This document shows, in pieces, positions 1 through 9,336 of a DNA stretch of 64,000 bases (positions are counted from its first letter, which is position 1; the number at the start of each line of letters is the position of its first letter). Source of the DNA: an uncultured Thermoleophilaceae bacterium (GTDB lineage Bacteria > Actinomycetota > Thermoleophilia > Solirubrobacterales > Thermoleophilaceae). The stretch is from the NCBI GenBank assembly GCA_963813495.1, contig CAWEZC010000004.1:80483-144482 (forward strand). The letters are read 5' to 3'. The notes under the pieces were generated by a model. The model made no database searches and was not told the DNA's origin. It worked only from the letters and a program-made list of their open reading frames with translations. Made by a program: the position numbers and the translations under genes.

Positions 1-770
1 TCGACATACGGGCTCCGTCTCGCGGCAACCGCCGTCTGGAGCGCCTCTTCGATGCCGCCAACGCCGACCAGCGGCTGCGCGCGTGGTGGTACATGCAGCA
101 GGTCAACGCCGACCGGCGCGACATGTCCGATCACTCGGTCGTACACGTGCAGATCGTGGTCAACATCGCTCTGCGTCTGTTCCGGCTGCTCAACCGGGCG
201 GGAGTCGAGCCGGCGATGGTGAGCACCCACGGCCTGGGTGCGCGCGACGCCGAGGTGGTGATCGCGGCCGCCTGCCTGTTCCACGACACCGGCATGTCGA
301 TCCACCGGACCGACCACGAGCAGTACAGCCTGTTTCTTGCCTCCGAGCGCCTGCCGTTGCTTCTGCAGGGGATCTACGAGGATCCCGAGCTGACCGTGCT
401 CATCTCCGAGTCGCTGCACGCGGTGATCGGTCACCGGCGCCGCGGCGACCCCGTGACCATGGAGGCGGGCATCGTGCGCGTCGCCGACGCCCTCGACATG
501 GCCTCCGGACGTTCGCGCATTCCCTTCGAGACGCGTCGTCCCAACATCCACTCGATCTCGGCCGCGGCGATCGACGCGGTCAAGATCGAGCCGGGTGAGG
601 AGCGGGTCGTACGGGTCGAGATCGAGATGAACAACTCCGCCGGGCTGTTCCAGGTGGACGAGCTGCTGGCCACCAAGCTGCGCGGCTCGGGCATCGAGGA
701 GCACATCGAGGTGGTGGCCCAGATCGACGCCGAGCACGAGAAGCGCCTGGTGCCGGTGTTCAGGATCTGA
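1..770 (+). CDS. HD-domain metal-dependent phosphohydrolase (5' end lies outside the window)
   Basis: The frame of ORF 93..770 stays open back to the window edge. 'AACLFHDTGMSIHRTDHE' (H-D dyad) plus 'HAVIGHRR' and 'RVADALD' fit the HD-superfamily metal site. Third-position GC is high. Confidence 0.75.
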   Translation, partial: DIRAPSRGNRRLERLFDAANADQRLRAWWYMQQVNADRRDMSDHSVVHVQIVVNIALRLFRLLNRAGVEPAMVSTHGLGARDAEVVIAAACLFHDTGMSIHRTDHEQYSLFLASERLPLLLQGIYEDPELTVLISESLHAVIGHRRRGDPVTMEAGIVRVADALDMASGRSRIPFETRRPNIHSISAAAIDAVKIEPGEERVVRVEIEMNNSAGLFQVDELLATKLRGSGIEEHIEVVAQIDAEHEKRLVPVFRI

Positions 771-1016
771 TCAGGCGGCCGGCACCGCCGCCACCCGGTC
801 GGGCTTCGTCTCCAACTGCCGGGCGGCGAAGCGGACGACGCGGTACGGCCGTGAGCCGTGGCCGAACGTCGCGCGGCCACGTACAGCGCGCATGAATCCG
901 GTGCCGTCGGCCGGCCTTGACCCCCGGGATTGCCGAGGCGTTCGTCAGCATGCGCCGGCACCCTGGCGGGCGCCGGCGCATGCTTCAACGCCTCGGCGTC
1001 ACAACTCCGTGCCTCG

Positions 1017-2114
1017 TTACGGCGTGATCTTCACCAGCGAGCCGCCGGCCCCCTTGAAGGGGCTCTTCTTCGGCGTCTTGGCCGGGAGCACGCTGTAGTT
1101 CGACACGTACACGGCGCCTGTCGAATCGACGGCGGCGCCGGTCGCGAAGAAGAGCTTCCCGCCGCCGAGCTTCGTCCGGCTGCCGTCCGGCGCGACCCTC
1201 ACGACCGAGCCCCGTGCATCCTCCTTGCGGAGGTTGCGCGCGAACTCCGTCACGAACATGCTGCCGTCGGGGCCGAAGGCGACTCCGGTGATCGCGGTGA
1301 AGCCGGTGGCGTGGACCGTCGGCGTTCCACCCGCGGCGGGGATCCGCCACACGCGCGCCTTGCCCTTGCCTGCTCCCTCGGCCAGCTCGCCGACGTAGAG
1401 GTCGCCACTCGGGCCGACCGCCACCGAGGTGGGGACCGCCTGCGACCTGCCGTTCTTCGGGATAACGGCGAGCAGGCTCACCGTGCCGCCACGGACCTCA
1501 TAGACCGCGTTGGCGCCGGCGTCGACCACGACCTGCCGGTCGCTCTGCGCAAGCACGGCGTAGGGGTTCGAGTTGCGGTCGCCCTTGACCTTGTCGAGGT
1601 TGTTCTTCCATTCGAGCTGGTCGACCCGGGCCACGGAGGTGAAGGCGCCGCTCTTGACGTCGAAGAGGCGCCCGGCCTGCCTGCGAAACGGCTTGGGAAG
1701 CGATTTGACGAAGGCGGGCGGTCCCGAGGTGGTGACGCCGAAGACCGCGCCCTCGGGGCTCACCGAGACGCCGTGAAGACCTCCGGCAAACGAGCCATCG
1801 GGGCCGGCGCCGGATATGAAGCCCCTTGCGACGGTGCTCAGCTTCCCGCCGGCCAGGCGGACGATTCTGCCCGTGGTCCCCAGGCACTGCCTCTCCTCGC
1901 CCTTGCCCTGGCACTTGCGCCCGCCCTTGCCGGAGTTGGCCACGTAGACGGCTCCGTCGGGGCCGATCGCCACGCTGCGGGGGTTGTCCAGCCCGCGGGC
2001 CACGGTCTCGACGGTGGCGGCCTGCGCGCCGGGCGCGAGGGCTCCCGTCAGAGCCGCGGCGGCGGCGATTCCCAGGGCGGCCCGCCGCAGCGGCCTCGAG
2101 TGATGCGAATCCAT
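1017..2114 (-). CDS. secreted beta-propeller protein (ScyD/ScyE- or NHL-repeat-like)
   Basis: ORF 1017..2141. The ATG at 2114 is preceded by AAAGGA. Signal peptide 'RRAALGIAAAAALTGALAPGAQA'. Repeated blade-like motifs 'PRSVAIGPDGAVYVAN', 'SVAVGPSGDLYV', 'GVAFGPDGSMFV' and 'AVDSTGAVYVSN'. Confidence 0.7.
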   Translation of the reverse strand: MDSHHSRPLRRAALGIAAAAALTGALAPGAQAATVETVARGLDNPRSVAIGPDGAVYVANSGKGGRKCQGKGEERQCLGTTGRIVRLAGGKLSTVARGFISGAGPDGSFAGGLHGVSVSPEGAVFGVTTSGPPAFVKSLPKPFRRQAGRLFDVKSGAFTSVARVDQLEWKNNLDKVKGDRNSNPYAVLAQSDRQVVVDAGANAVYEVRGGTVSLLAVIPKNGRSQAVPTSVAVGPSGDLYVGELAEGAGKGKARVWRIPAAGGTPTVHATGFTAITGVAFGPDGSMFVTEFARNLRKEDARGSVVRVAPDGSRTKLGGGKLFFATGAAVDSTGAVYVSNYSVLPAKTPKKSPFKGAGGSLVKITP

Positions 2115-2212
2115 TTGATCCTTTCGTCGCTTCCCCCACAAATGGGGTACCGGTCCAGCGACGAAGCTAATACGGGTTCGGCAATCGCGCCAGCTCTGCG
2201 TACGCGCTGCGT

Positions 2213-2296
2213 AAATCGATCGTGCGCAGCCGGCCGAGCCGGCTGCTTCGCCGTAATTGGATCGTGCGCAGCCGGCCGAGCCGGCTGCTTCGCCGT
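2213..2296. repeat. Two perfect tandem copies (period 42 nt) of a 37-nt unit, each carrying an 8-bp GC hairpin
   Basis: 2218..2254 and 2260..2296 are both 'gatcgtgcgcagccggccgagccggctgcttcgccgt' (37/37 identical). Inside each, 'gcagccgg-ccgag-ccggctgc' is a perfect inverted repeat. It lies between the citrate synthase stop (2313) and the next minus-strand gene. Confidence 0.9.
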
Positions 2297-2312
2297 CAGA
2301 ATGGGTGAGCGT

Positions 2313-3701
<1,389 letters not shown>

Positions 3702-3717
3702 CGTCTCTCCTGACCTG

Positions 3718-4284
3718 ATGCCTCATTCGTTCCCTGTTCCCCGGATTCTGACGAAAGTGGCCTTGCCGGTCCTCGCTGCCGCCGTTCTGGCGGGTTGCGG
3801 CTCCTCGAGTGACGAGACCAAGACCTTCGACGAGGAGGGCTTTGCCATCACCTTCGAGTATCCCGGCGACTTCGAGCGCACCGAGGACGTGAACCTCTCT
3901 CAGTCGGCCGGACAGGCCGAGGAGACGGTGGCGTTGGCCAGGAGCGAGGACAACGCGATCTTCCTCCAGCGCTACGGGCTCAACCGCGCCGTCTCGCCGA
4001 AGGAGGCCGACGGCGTGCGCGAGGAGCTCGATCAGGTGCTCGGCCGGCTGGCCGGCGGCGACCTCGAGGGGAAGCCGGTTGACGTGGGTGGGCCGCTCGC
4101 CTTTCGCTACGAGATCGACCGCCTGAATACACCGGAGGACGGCCGCAGCACGATCGTCGTCATGTTCGACGGCGACACGGAGTACTTCATGAACTGCCAG
4201 TCGGTTCCCGACGGGCGCTCCGAGCTCGAAGAGGCCTGCGAACAGGCCATCGACACGCTGCGGCTCAAGGACGGGGAGAGCTAG
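3718..4284 (+). CDS. lipoprotein, function unknown
   Basis: In-frame ATG at 3718 within ORF 3619..4284. 'KVALPVLAAAVLAGCGSS' is a signal peptide with a lipobox (LAGC). Confidence 0.7.
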   Translation: MPHSFPVPRILTKVALPVLAAAVLAGCGSSSDETKTFDEEGFAITFEYPGDFERTEDVNLSQSAGQAEETVALARSEDNAIFLQRYGLNRAVSPKEADGVREELDQVLGRLAGGDLEGKPVDVGGPLAFRYEIDRLNTPEDGRSTIVVMFDGDTEYFMNCQSVPDGRSELEEACEQAIDTLRLKDGES

Positions 4285-4293
4285 CCCGCGGGT

Positions 4294-4812
4294 TCAGCCG
4301 AGCGAGCGCCGGTATTCGACGAGCTCCATCCCGAACCTCTCCTCGAAGAAGGGCGGCGCGGTGAGCGCCCAGCCTTCCCGCTCGTAGAAGCGGCGCGCGC
4401 GAGCCTGCCCCGCGGGGGTGAAGAGCCGAAAGCGGGCGTAGCCGCGGACCCGAGCTTCCTCGATCACCGCGCTGTGCAGCTCCGTGGCCAGGCCGGTGCC
4501 CCAGAAGGGCTCGCGCACGAACATCTGCCACAGATTGGCCAGCTTCGGATCGCGCACGGGCCAGACTCCGTGGATGGTGGCGGGCATGAGCGCGACGTGG
4601 CCGGCCATCGTGCTGTCGTGCTCGGCCACCAGGCACCAGATCGCGGGGTCGGTGAGCCGCTCGCGCACGCTTTCGGCCTCGGGTCCGGGCGGAGCCCAGC
4701 CGTCCGGCGCGAACGCACGGTAGCCCTCGAAGGCGAGCGCGAGCGTGCGGCCGATCTCGTGACTGTCGCCAGGGCCGGCGATGCGGAACTTCACGCCCTC
4801 CATCCCGGCCAC
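4294..4812 (-). CDS. GNAT family N-acetyltransferase
   Basis: 172 aa. 'VREPFWGTGLATELHSAVIEEARVRGY' resembles the acetyl-CoA-binding Q/RxxGxG/A motif A region. Confidence 0.8.
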   Translation of the reverse strand: MAGMEGVKFRIAGPGDSHEIGRTLALAFEGYRAFAPDGWAPPGPEAESVRERLTDPAIWCLVAEHDSTMAGHVALMPATIHGVWPVRDPKLANLWQMFVREPFWGTGLATELHSAVIEEARVRGYARFRLFTPAGQARARRFYEREGWALTAPPFFEERFGMELVEYRRSLG

Positions 4813-4915
4813 GCTACTTCACACGACCGTCACGGTGAAGTCTTGCTCCCCAACACGAAAAGACCCGCTACGGGGCGAATTTGACAGCAGGCAGGACCGC
4901 TCGAAGAGCGCGCGC

Positions 4916-5257
4916 TCAGCGGCGCCGAATGCCGCCGAACAGTCGCTTGACCGGCCCCGCCGGGTTGGGCAGGCTCGGGCCCGAGCCGCTCTCCGGCGGC
5001 CCCAGCTGCGCGACCGCGGCGGCGCTGATGTTCAGCGTCACGGCGCGCTCGGCTGTCCGCGCCACCTCGGGGGCGTCGACGAAGCGACGCACGCCGTCGC
5101 TGGTCTCGATCACCAGGCCGTCGAAGATGTGCTCGCGGTAGTTGTCGAGCACCTCGATCACCTCGGCCACCTGCTCACCCTCGGAGCTGAGCACCGGAGT
5201 GCCCTTCTCCACGGCGGTGTAGTGGACCGCCACTCCGTCGTCGTCGATGGAAGCCAT
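4916..5257 (-). CDS. hypothetical protein, possibly PRC-barrel-like
   Basis: 113 aa with high GC3. It starts 6 nt after the stop of the upstream minus-strand ORF. The fold assignment is only a resemblance. Confidence 0.5.
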   Translation of the reverse strand: MASIDDDGVAVHYTAVEKGTPVLSSEGEQVAEVIEVLDNYREHIFDGLVIETSDGVRRFVDAPEVARTAERAVTLNISAAAVAQLGPPESGSGPSLPNPAGPVKRLFGGIRRR

Positions 5258-5262
5258 TACTT

Positions 5263-5706
5263 TCAGAGTGGCAGAACCAGGGCGGCCTCTTCGCCTTCCT
5301 CGCCTTCCTCCTCTTCGGTCGCCGCGCTGTAGATGCCGGCGCCGATCGCCGCGAGCACGAGCACGACTGAGATCAGGCCGACCGTGCGTTCGGCGCCCGG
5401 GGTGGCCGGGAAGTTCTCGCGCGTGACTCCTAGGAAGGTGAGGACGAGCGCCCAGGCGGCGAGCACGCCTCCGGCCACGTAGAAGGAGTTCACGGCGCGA
5501 AAAGCTACCGGAACCTGGGGCCGGTTCACGAAGAAGTCACGGGGTGCGCCGCCGGGATGCCGAACCTGTTGGGAGATGACTCCTCTTACACTCTTCTTTG
5601 GCCGTCCCGTGTGCATGGTCTGCGGGCGCCCGATTTCGTCCGCGGCCGAGAGCATGCGGTTGAGAGCCGATTCGGTCGTCCACAGGCGCTGCGCGACGTA
5701 TGACAC
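5263..5706 (-). CDS. small membrane protein with two TM helices and an acidic tail (start uncertain)
   Basis: The C-terminal half 'FYVAGGVLAAWALVLTFLGV...VGLISVVLVLAAIGAGIYSAATEEEEGEEGEE' is convincing. Candidate starts at 5706 (GTG), 5616 (ATG) and 5529 (GTG) all lack a clear RBS. See the finding on the antisense ORF. Confidence 0.5.
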   Translation of the reverse strand: MSYVAQRLWTTESALNRMLSAADEIGRPQTMHTGRPKKSVRGVISQQVRHPGGAPRDFFVNRPQVPVAFRAVNSFYVAGGVLAAWALVLTFLGVTRENFPATPGAERTVGLISVVLVLAAIGAGIYSAATEEEEGEEGEEAALVLPL

Positions 5707-5757
5707 ACAGCGGCGCCGCCGCGGGGCTGCCAGGGGCTCGCGCCGAGGTCTCAGCGC

Positions 5758-6033
5758 TCAGCGGTGCCCGGCAGGCACTCGCCGGCGCCCGCGGGCTACG
5801 CGCACGCGGCGCGGTGAGGCGGGCTTCGGCGAGACGTGAGGGCCGCGCCGGGGCGGATGGGGAGGACGGCTGCGCGGGTGCGGGCGCGGGTCGCGGTCCG
5901 AGCCGCCTCCGCCGTCGTCCTCGGGCTCGACGCCGGGCGGATCCTTGATCGCCCACCAGACGATCCACAGCAGCGCGACAAGCGGGATCTTGAGGACCAC
6001 CGCTATCCAGAAAACGGTCCAGAAACCTCCCAT
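5758..6033 (-). CDS. small membrane-anchored protein with a Pro/Arg-rich tail
   Basis: N-terminal TM 'FWTVFWIAVVLKIPLVALLWIVWWAI' followed by a low-complexity tail. No family recognised. Confidence 0.45.
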   Translation of the reverse strand: MGGFWTVFWIAVVLKIPLVALLWIVWWAIKDPPGVEPEDDGGGGSDRDPRPHPRSRPPHPPRRGPHVSPKPASPRRVRVARGRRRVPAGHR

Positions 6034-6113
6034 CGCGAGGATCGTACCTGGAAACCGGGCGACCGTCGGGCGAAGCTCGAAACGGGCGCGCGAGCGCGTA
6101 CGCTGCCCGAACC

Positions 6114-7358
6114 GTGAGCGCGTCCCGCGACCCCTCCTTCGAGCCGGACGCTGCCGGTCTCGAGGCCGCTCTGGCGCTCCTGATCGACGAGCTCACCCAG
6201 CCCTCCGGCGCAGCTCTCGACCTGCCCGTGGAGCTGCCCGCGCGGGGAACGGGAGAGCTGCCGGCCCTGGAGCGTCTGGCCGCATCCGTGGTGGGCGGCG
6301 CGCGGCGCCTCGGCTCACCCGGCTTCCTGGCCCACATGGATCCGCCCACGCCGTGGGTCGCGTGGGCGGGTGCCCAATGGGCGGCCGCGCTCAACCAGAA
6401 CCTGCTGCACCTCGACACGGCGCCGGTGGCCCGTGAGCTGGAGGTGCGGGTGGTGAACTGGCTGGCGCCCTTCTTCGGCATGGGCGGGGGCCACCTCGTG
6501 CCGGGTTCGACCGTGGCAAATCTGACGGCTCTGTGGGCGGCGCGGGAGCTGCGCGGGGTCAGCGAGGTGGTGGCCTCGGAGGCCGCCCACCTGAGCGTGC
6601 CCAAGGCCGCGTCACTGCTGGGTCTCGGCTTCCGGGCCGTGGCGGTGGACCGCCGCCAGCGCCTGCGCGAGGACGACCTCGGCGACCTCTCCCGGGCGGC
6701 GCTCGTACTCACCGCGGGCACCACCGTGACCGGCGCCGTCGACCCGCTGGCCGCGCGCGGTGACGCCGCCTGGCGCCACGTGGACGCGGCCTGGGCCGGC
6801 CCGTTGCGGCTGAGCGAGCGCCACGCCGGGCTGCTGAACGGCATCGAGTCTGCCGACTCGGTGGCGGTGTCGGCCCACAAGTGGCTGTTCCAGCCCAAGG
6901 AGTCGGCGCTCGTGCTGTTCGCCGACGCCGAGCGCGCCCACGAGGCGATCTCCTTCGGCGGGAGCTACCTGGCGGCGCCGAACGTGGGCCTGCTCGGCTC
7001 GCACGGCGCGGCGGCACTGCCCCTGGCCGCCACCCTGCTGGCCTGGGGCCGGGAGGGCACGGCGGCGCGCATCGACGCCTGCATGGACATCGCCTCGCGC
7101 CTGGCCGACGCGGTCGATGGGGACCCGCGGCTCGAGCTCCACTCGGGGCCGGGGACCGGCGTGGTGGTCTGGCGCCCCGTGGCGGCCGGCGATCTCGGTG
7201 AGCTGCGCGAGGGCATGCAGCGCGCCTTCGTGTCGCTGACCAGCGTGGCCGGCGAGCGCTGGCTGCGCTCTGTGTCAGCCAATCCGATGGCCGATCCCGA
7301 GCTGGTGCTGGCGGAGGTGCCGGGCGCTACGAGGCGGGCACGGCCTCGATCGCCGTGA
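6114..7358 (+). CDS. PLP-dependent decarboxylase (group II / fold type I)
   Basis: 414 aa, GTG start. 'SVAVSAHKWLFQPKESALVLF' is the S-x-H-K PLP-lysine motif of group II decarboxylases. Confidence 0.8.
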   Translation: MSASRDPSFEPDAAGLEAALALLIDELTQPSGAALDLPVELPARGTGELPALERLAASVVGGARRLGSPGFLAHMDPPTPWVAWAGAQWAAALNQNLLHLDTAPVARELEVRVVNWLAPFFGMGGGHLVPGSTVANLTALWAARELRGVSEVVASEAAHLSVPKAASLLGLGFRAVAVDRRQRLREDDLGDLSRAALVLTAGTTVTGAVDPLAARGDAAWRHVDAAWAGPLRLSERHAGLLNGIESADSVAVSAHKWLFQPKESALVLFADAERAHEAISFGGSYLAAPNVGLLGSHGAAALPLAATLLAWGREGTAARIDACMDIASRLADAVDGDPRLELHSGPGTGVVVWRPVAAGDLGELREGMQRAFVSLTSVAGERWLRSVSANPMADPELVLAEVPGATRRARPRSP

Positions 7359-8250
7359 TCCGGCGAAAGGCCTCGTAGCGGTCGTCGATCTCCTCGCGCG
7401 TCAGGCGCTGGCCGCGCTCGCAGCCGAACTCCTCGACCCAGAAGGAGGCGAGCGTCGACCCGTGGGTCATGGCCTGGCGCAGGGTGCCCTCGTCGAGCGA
7501 GCGTCCGGCGGAGTCGAGGTAGCCGAGAAAGCCGCCGGCGAACGCGTCGCCCGCGCCCGTGGGATCGACCACGGTCTCCAGGGGAAAGGCCGGGAGGGCG
7601 AAGAAGCCGTCCTCGGTGAACAGCGCCGCTCCGTACTCGCCCTGCTTGGCCACGATCACGCGCGGCCCCATCTCCATCACCATGCGCGCCGCGCGCACGA
7701 GGTTGGGCTGCTCGGTGAGCATGCGCAGCTCGGCGTCGTTCATGAACAGGATGTCCACCCCGCCGATCGTGCGCACCAGCTCGTCGCGGGCGCTCTCGAT
7801 CCAGAAGTTCATCGAGTCGAGGCCGGCGAGCTGGGCTCCGGTGCACTGCTCGCGCACCTCGCGCTGGAGGTCGGGCTGGATGTTGGCCAGGAACAAGACC
7901 TCTGCGGCGCGCGAGGCCTCCGACAGCTTGGGCTGGAACTCTCCGAACACGTTCAGCTGTGTGTCGAGCGTCTTCGCCGTATTGAGGTCGTACTCGTACT
8001 CGCCGGCCCAGAAGAAGGTCTTGCCTCCCTCGACGTGCTCGATGTCCGAGGTGTCCACGCCGCGGGCGTGGAGCACGCTCAGCTCGTCGTCCCCGAAGTC
8101 GTCCCCCACGGGCCCGACCACGCGGACCGCGCTGAAGAAGCTCGCGGCCAGCGCGAAGTGCACGGCCGAGCCGCCGAGCATCCGCTCGCGCTCACCGAAG
8201 GGACTCTTGACCGCGTCGAAGGCGATCGAACCGACCACTGTCAGAGACAT
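7327..8250 (-). CDS. PfkB-family carbohydrate/nucleoside kinase
   Basis: 307 aa. C-terminal 'DPTGAGDAFAGGFLGYL' is PfkB signature 2. The N-terminus 'VVGSIAFD' is typical. Confidence 0.88.
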   Translation of the reverse strand: MSLTVVGSIAFDAVKSPFGERERMLGGSAVHFALAASFFSAVRVVGPVGDDFGDDELSVLHARGVDTSDIEHVEGGKTFFWAGEYEYDLNTAKTLDTQLNVFGEFQPKLSEASRAAEVLFLANIQPDLQREVREQCTGAQLAGLDSMNFWIESARDELVRTIGGVDILFMNDAELRMLTEQPNLVRAARMVMEMGPRVIVAKQGEYGAALFTEDGFFALPAFPLETVVDPTGAGDAFAGGFLGYLDSAGRSLDEGTLRQAMTHGSTLASFWVEEFGCERGQRLTREEIDDRYEAFRRITAIEAVPAS

Positions 8251-8284
8251 AAGGGCGGGGAGAGTAGTGGACTAGGCTGCGCCG

Positions 8285-9235
8285 ATGCGAGCGGTTCAGA
8301 TCGAAGAGTTCGGCGGCCCCGAGGTCCTCAACGTGGTCGACCTGCCGGTGCCCGAGCCGGCTGAGGGACAGGTCCTGATCGAGGTCACGCGTGCCGGCAT
8401 GAACTTCGCCGACACCCACCAGCGTGAGAACTCCTACCTGGCTCCTTACGAGGTGCCGCTGGTGCTGGGAGGGGAGGTCGCGGGGCAAGCGCCCGACGGC
8501 CGGCGCGTCGTCGCGCTCGTCCCGAGCGGTGGTTACGCCGAGTTCGCGCTGGCCCACGAGTCGACCGTGTTCGAGATCCCCGACGGGCTCGACGACGACG
8601 CCGCGCTGGCACTCCTGATTCAGGGCCTGACCGCGTGGCATCTGTTTCGCACCTCGGCCAAGCTCGCTCCGGGCGAGTCGGTGGTGGTGGTCTCGGGAGC
8701 CGGCGGCGTGGGCTCGCTGGCGGTTCAGCTGGCCAAGCCGTTCGGCGCGGGGCGGGTGATCGCCACGGCGTCGACCGAGGAGAAGCGGATCTTCACGCTG
8801 TCGCTCGGCGCGGACGCGGCGGTCGACCCCGCCGTAGAGGACCTGAAGGGCGCGTTGATCGAGGCCAACGGCGGCAAGCCGGTGGACGTCGCGCTGGAGA
8901 TGTCGGGCGGGAGGGTGTTCGACGCGTGCGCCGACGCGCTCGCTCCGTTCGGGCGGATCGTGGCCTACGGCATCGCGAGCCGCGATCAGAACACGCTCGA
9001 GACCGGCCGCTTGATGCGAAAGAGCCGCGGCGTCATCGGGTTCTGGCTGATGCACTGCCTCGGCCGCCGCGACATGATGGAGGAGCCGCTCACCGACCTC
9101 TTCGAGCGGGCGGCCCGCGGCGAGCTGCGGCCCCAGGTGGGCGGGACCTACCCCCTCTCCGAGGTGCGCCGGGCCCACGAGGACATGCAGGCGCGCCGCA
9201 CGAGCGGCAAGCTGCTGCTGGATCCGTCGGCCTAG
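8285..9235 (+). CDS. NADPH:quinone oxidoreductase / zinc-type alcohol dehydrogenase superfamily
   Basis: 316 aa. 'VVVVSGAGGVGSLAVQLAK' Rossmann motif with MDR-family layout. Confidence 0.88.
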   Translation: MRAVQIEEFGGPEVLNVVDLPVPEPAEGQVLIEVTRAGMNFADTHQRENSYLAPYEVPLVLGGEVAGQAPDGRRVVALVPSGGYAEFALAHESTVFEIPDGLDDDAALALLIQGLTAWHLFRTSAKLAPGESVVVVSGAGGVGSLAVQLAKPFGAGRVIATASTEEKRIFTLSLGADAAVDPAVEDLKGALIEANGGKPVDVALEMSGGRVFDACADALAPFGRIVAYGIASRDQNTLETGRLMRKSRGVIGFWLMHCLGRRDMMEEPLTDLFERAARGELRPQVGGTYPLSEVRRAHEDMQARRTSGKLLLDPSA

Positions 9236-9336
9236 AGGGGTACAGAAGTTTGTCCACCAGGAGGCGACAGTCTTCACGGACCCCCTCGCCCGGGCCCCCG
9301 TGACCCAGTCCCGCGCCGAGTAGTCTCAAAGCCGGG

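Noticed and set aside
4812-4916. Inverted repeat 'cttcac-N12-gtgaag' (about 4817..4840) upstream of the GNAT gene as an operator.
   Set aside because: The arms are only 6 bp, there is no second copy, and no adjacent regulator is present. It is indistinguishable from chance.
7327-7358. Convergent 3'-end overlaps as possible antisense regulation: 7327..7358 (32 nt), 23550..23590 (41 nt) and 25474..25477 (CTAG).
   Set aside because: Short convergent overlaps are common in compact high-GC genomes, and there is no additional structure or conservation evidence here. The 23550..23828 ORF is itself only weakly supported.
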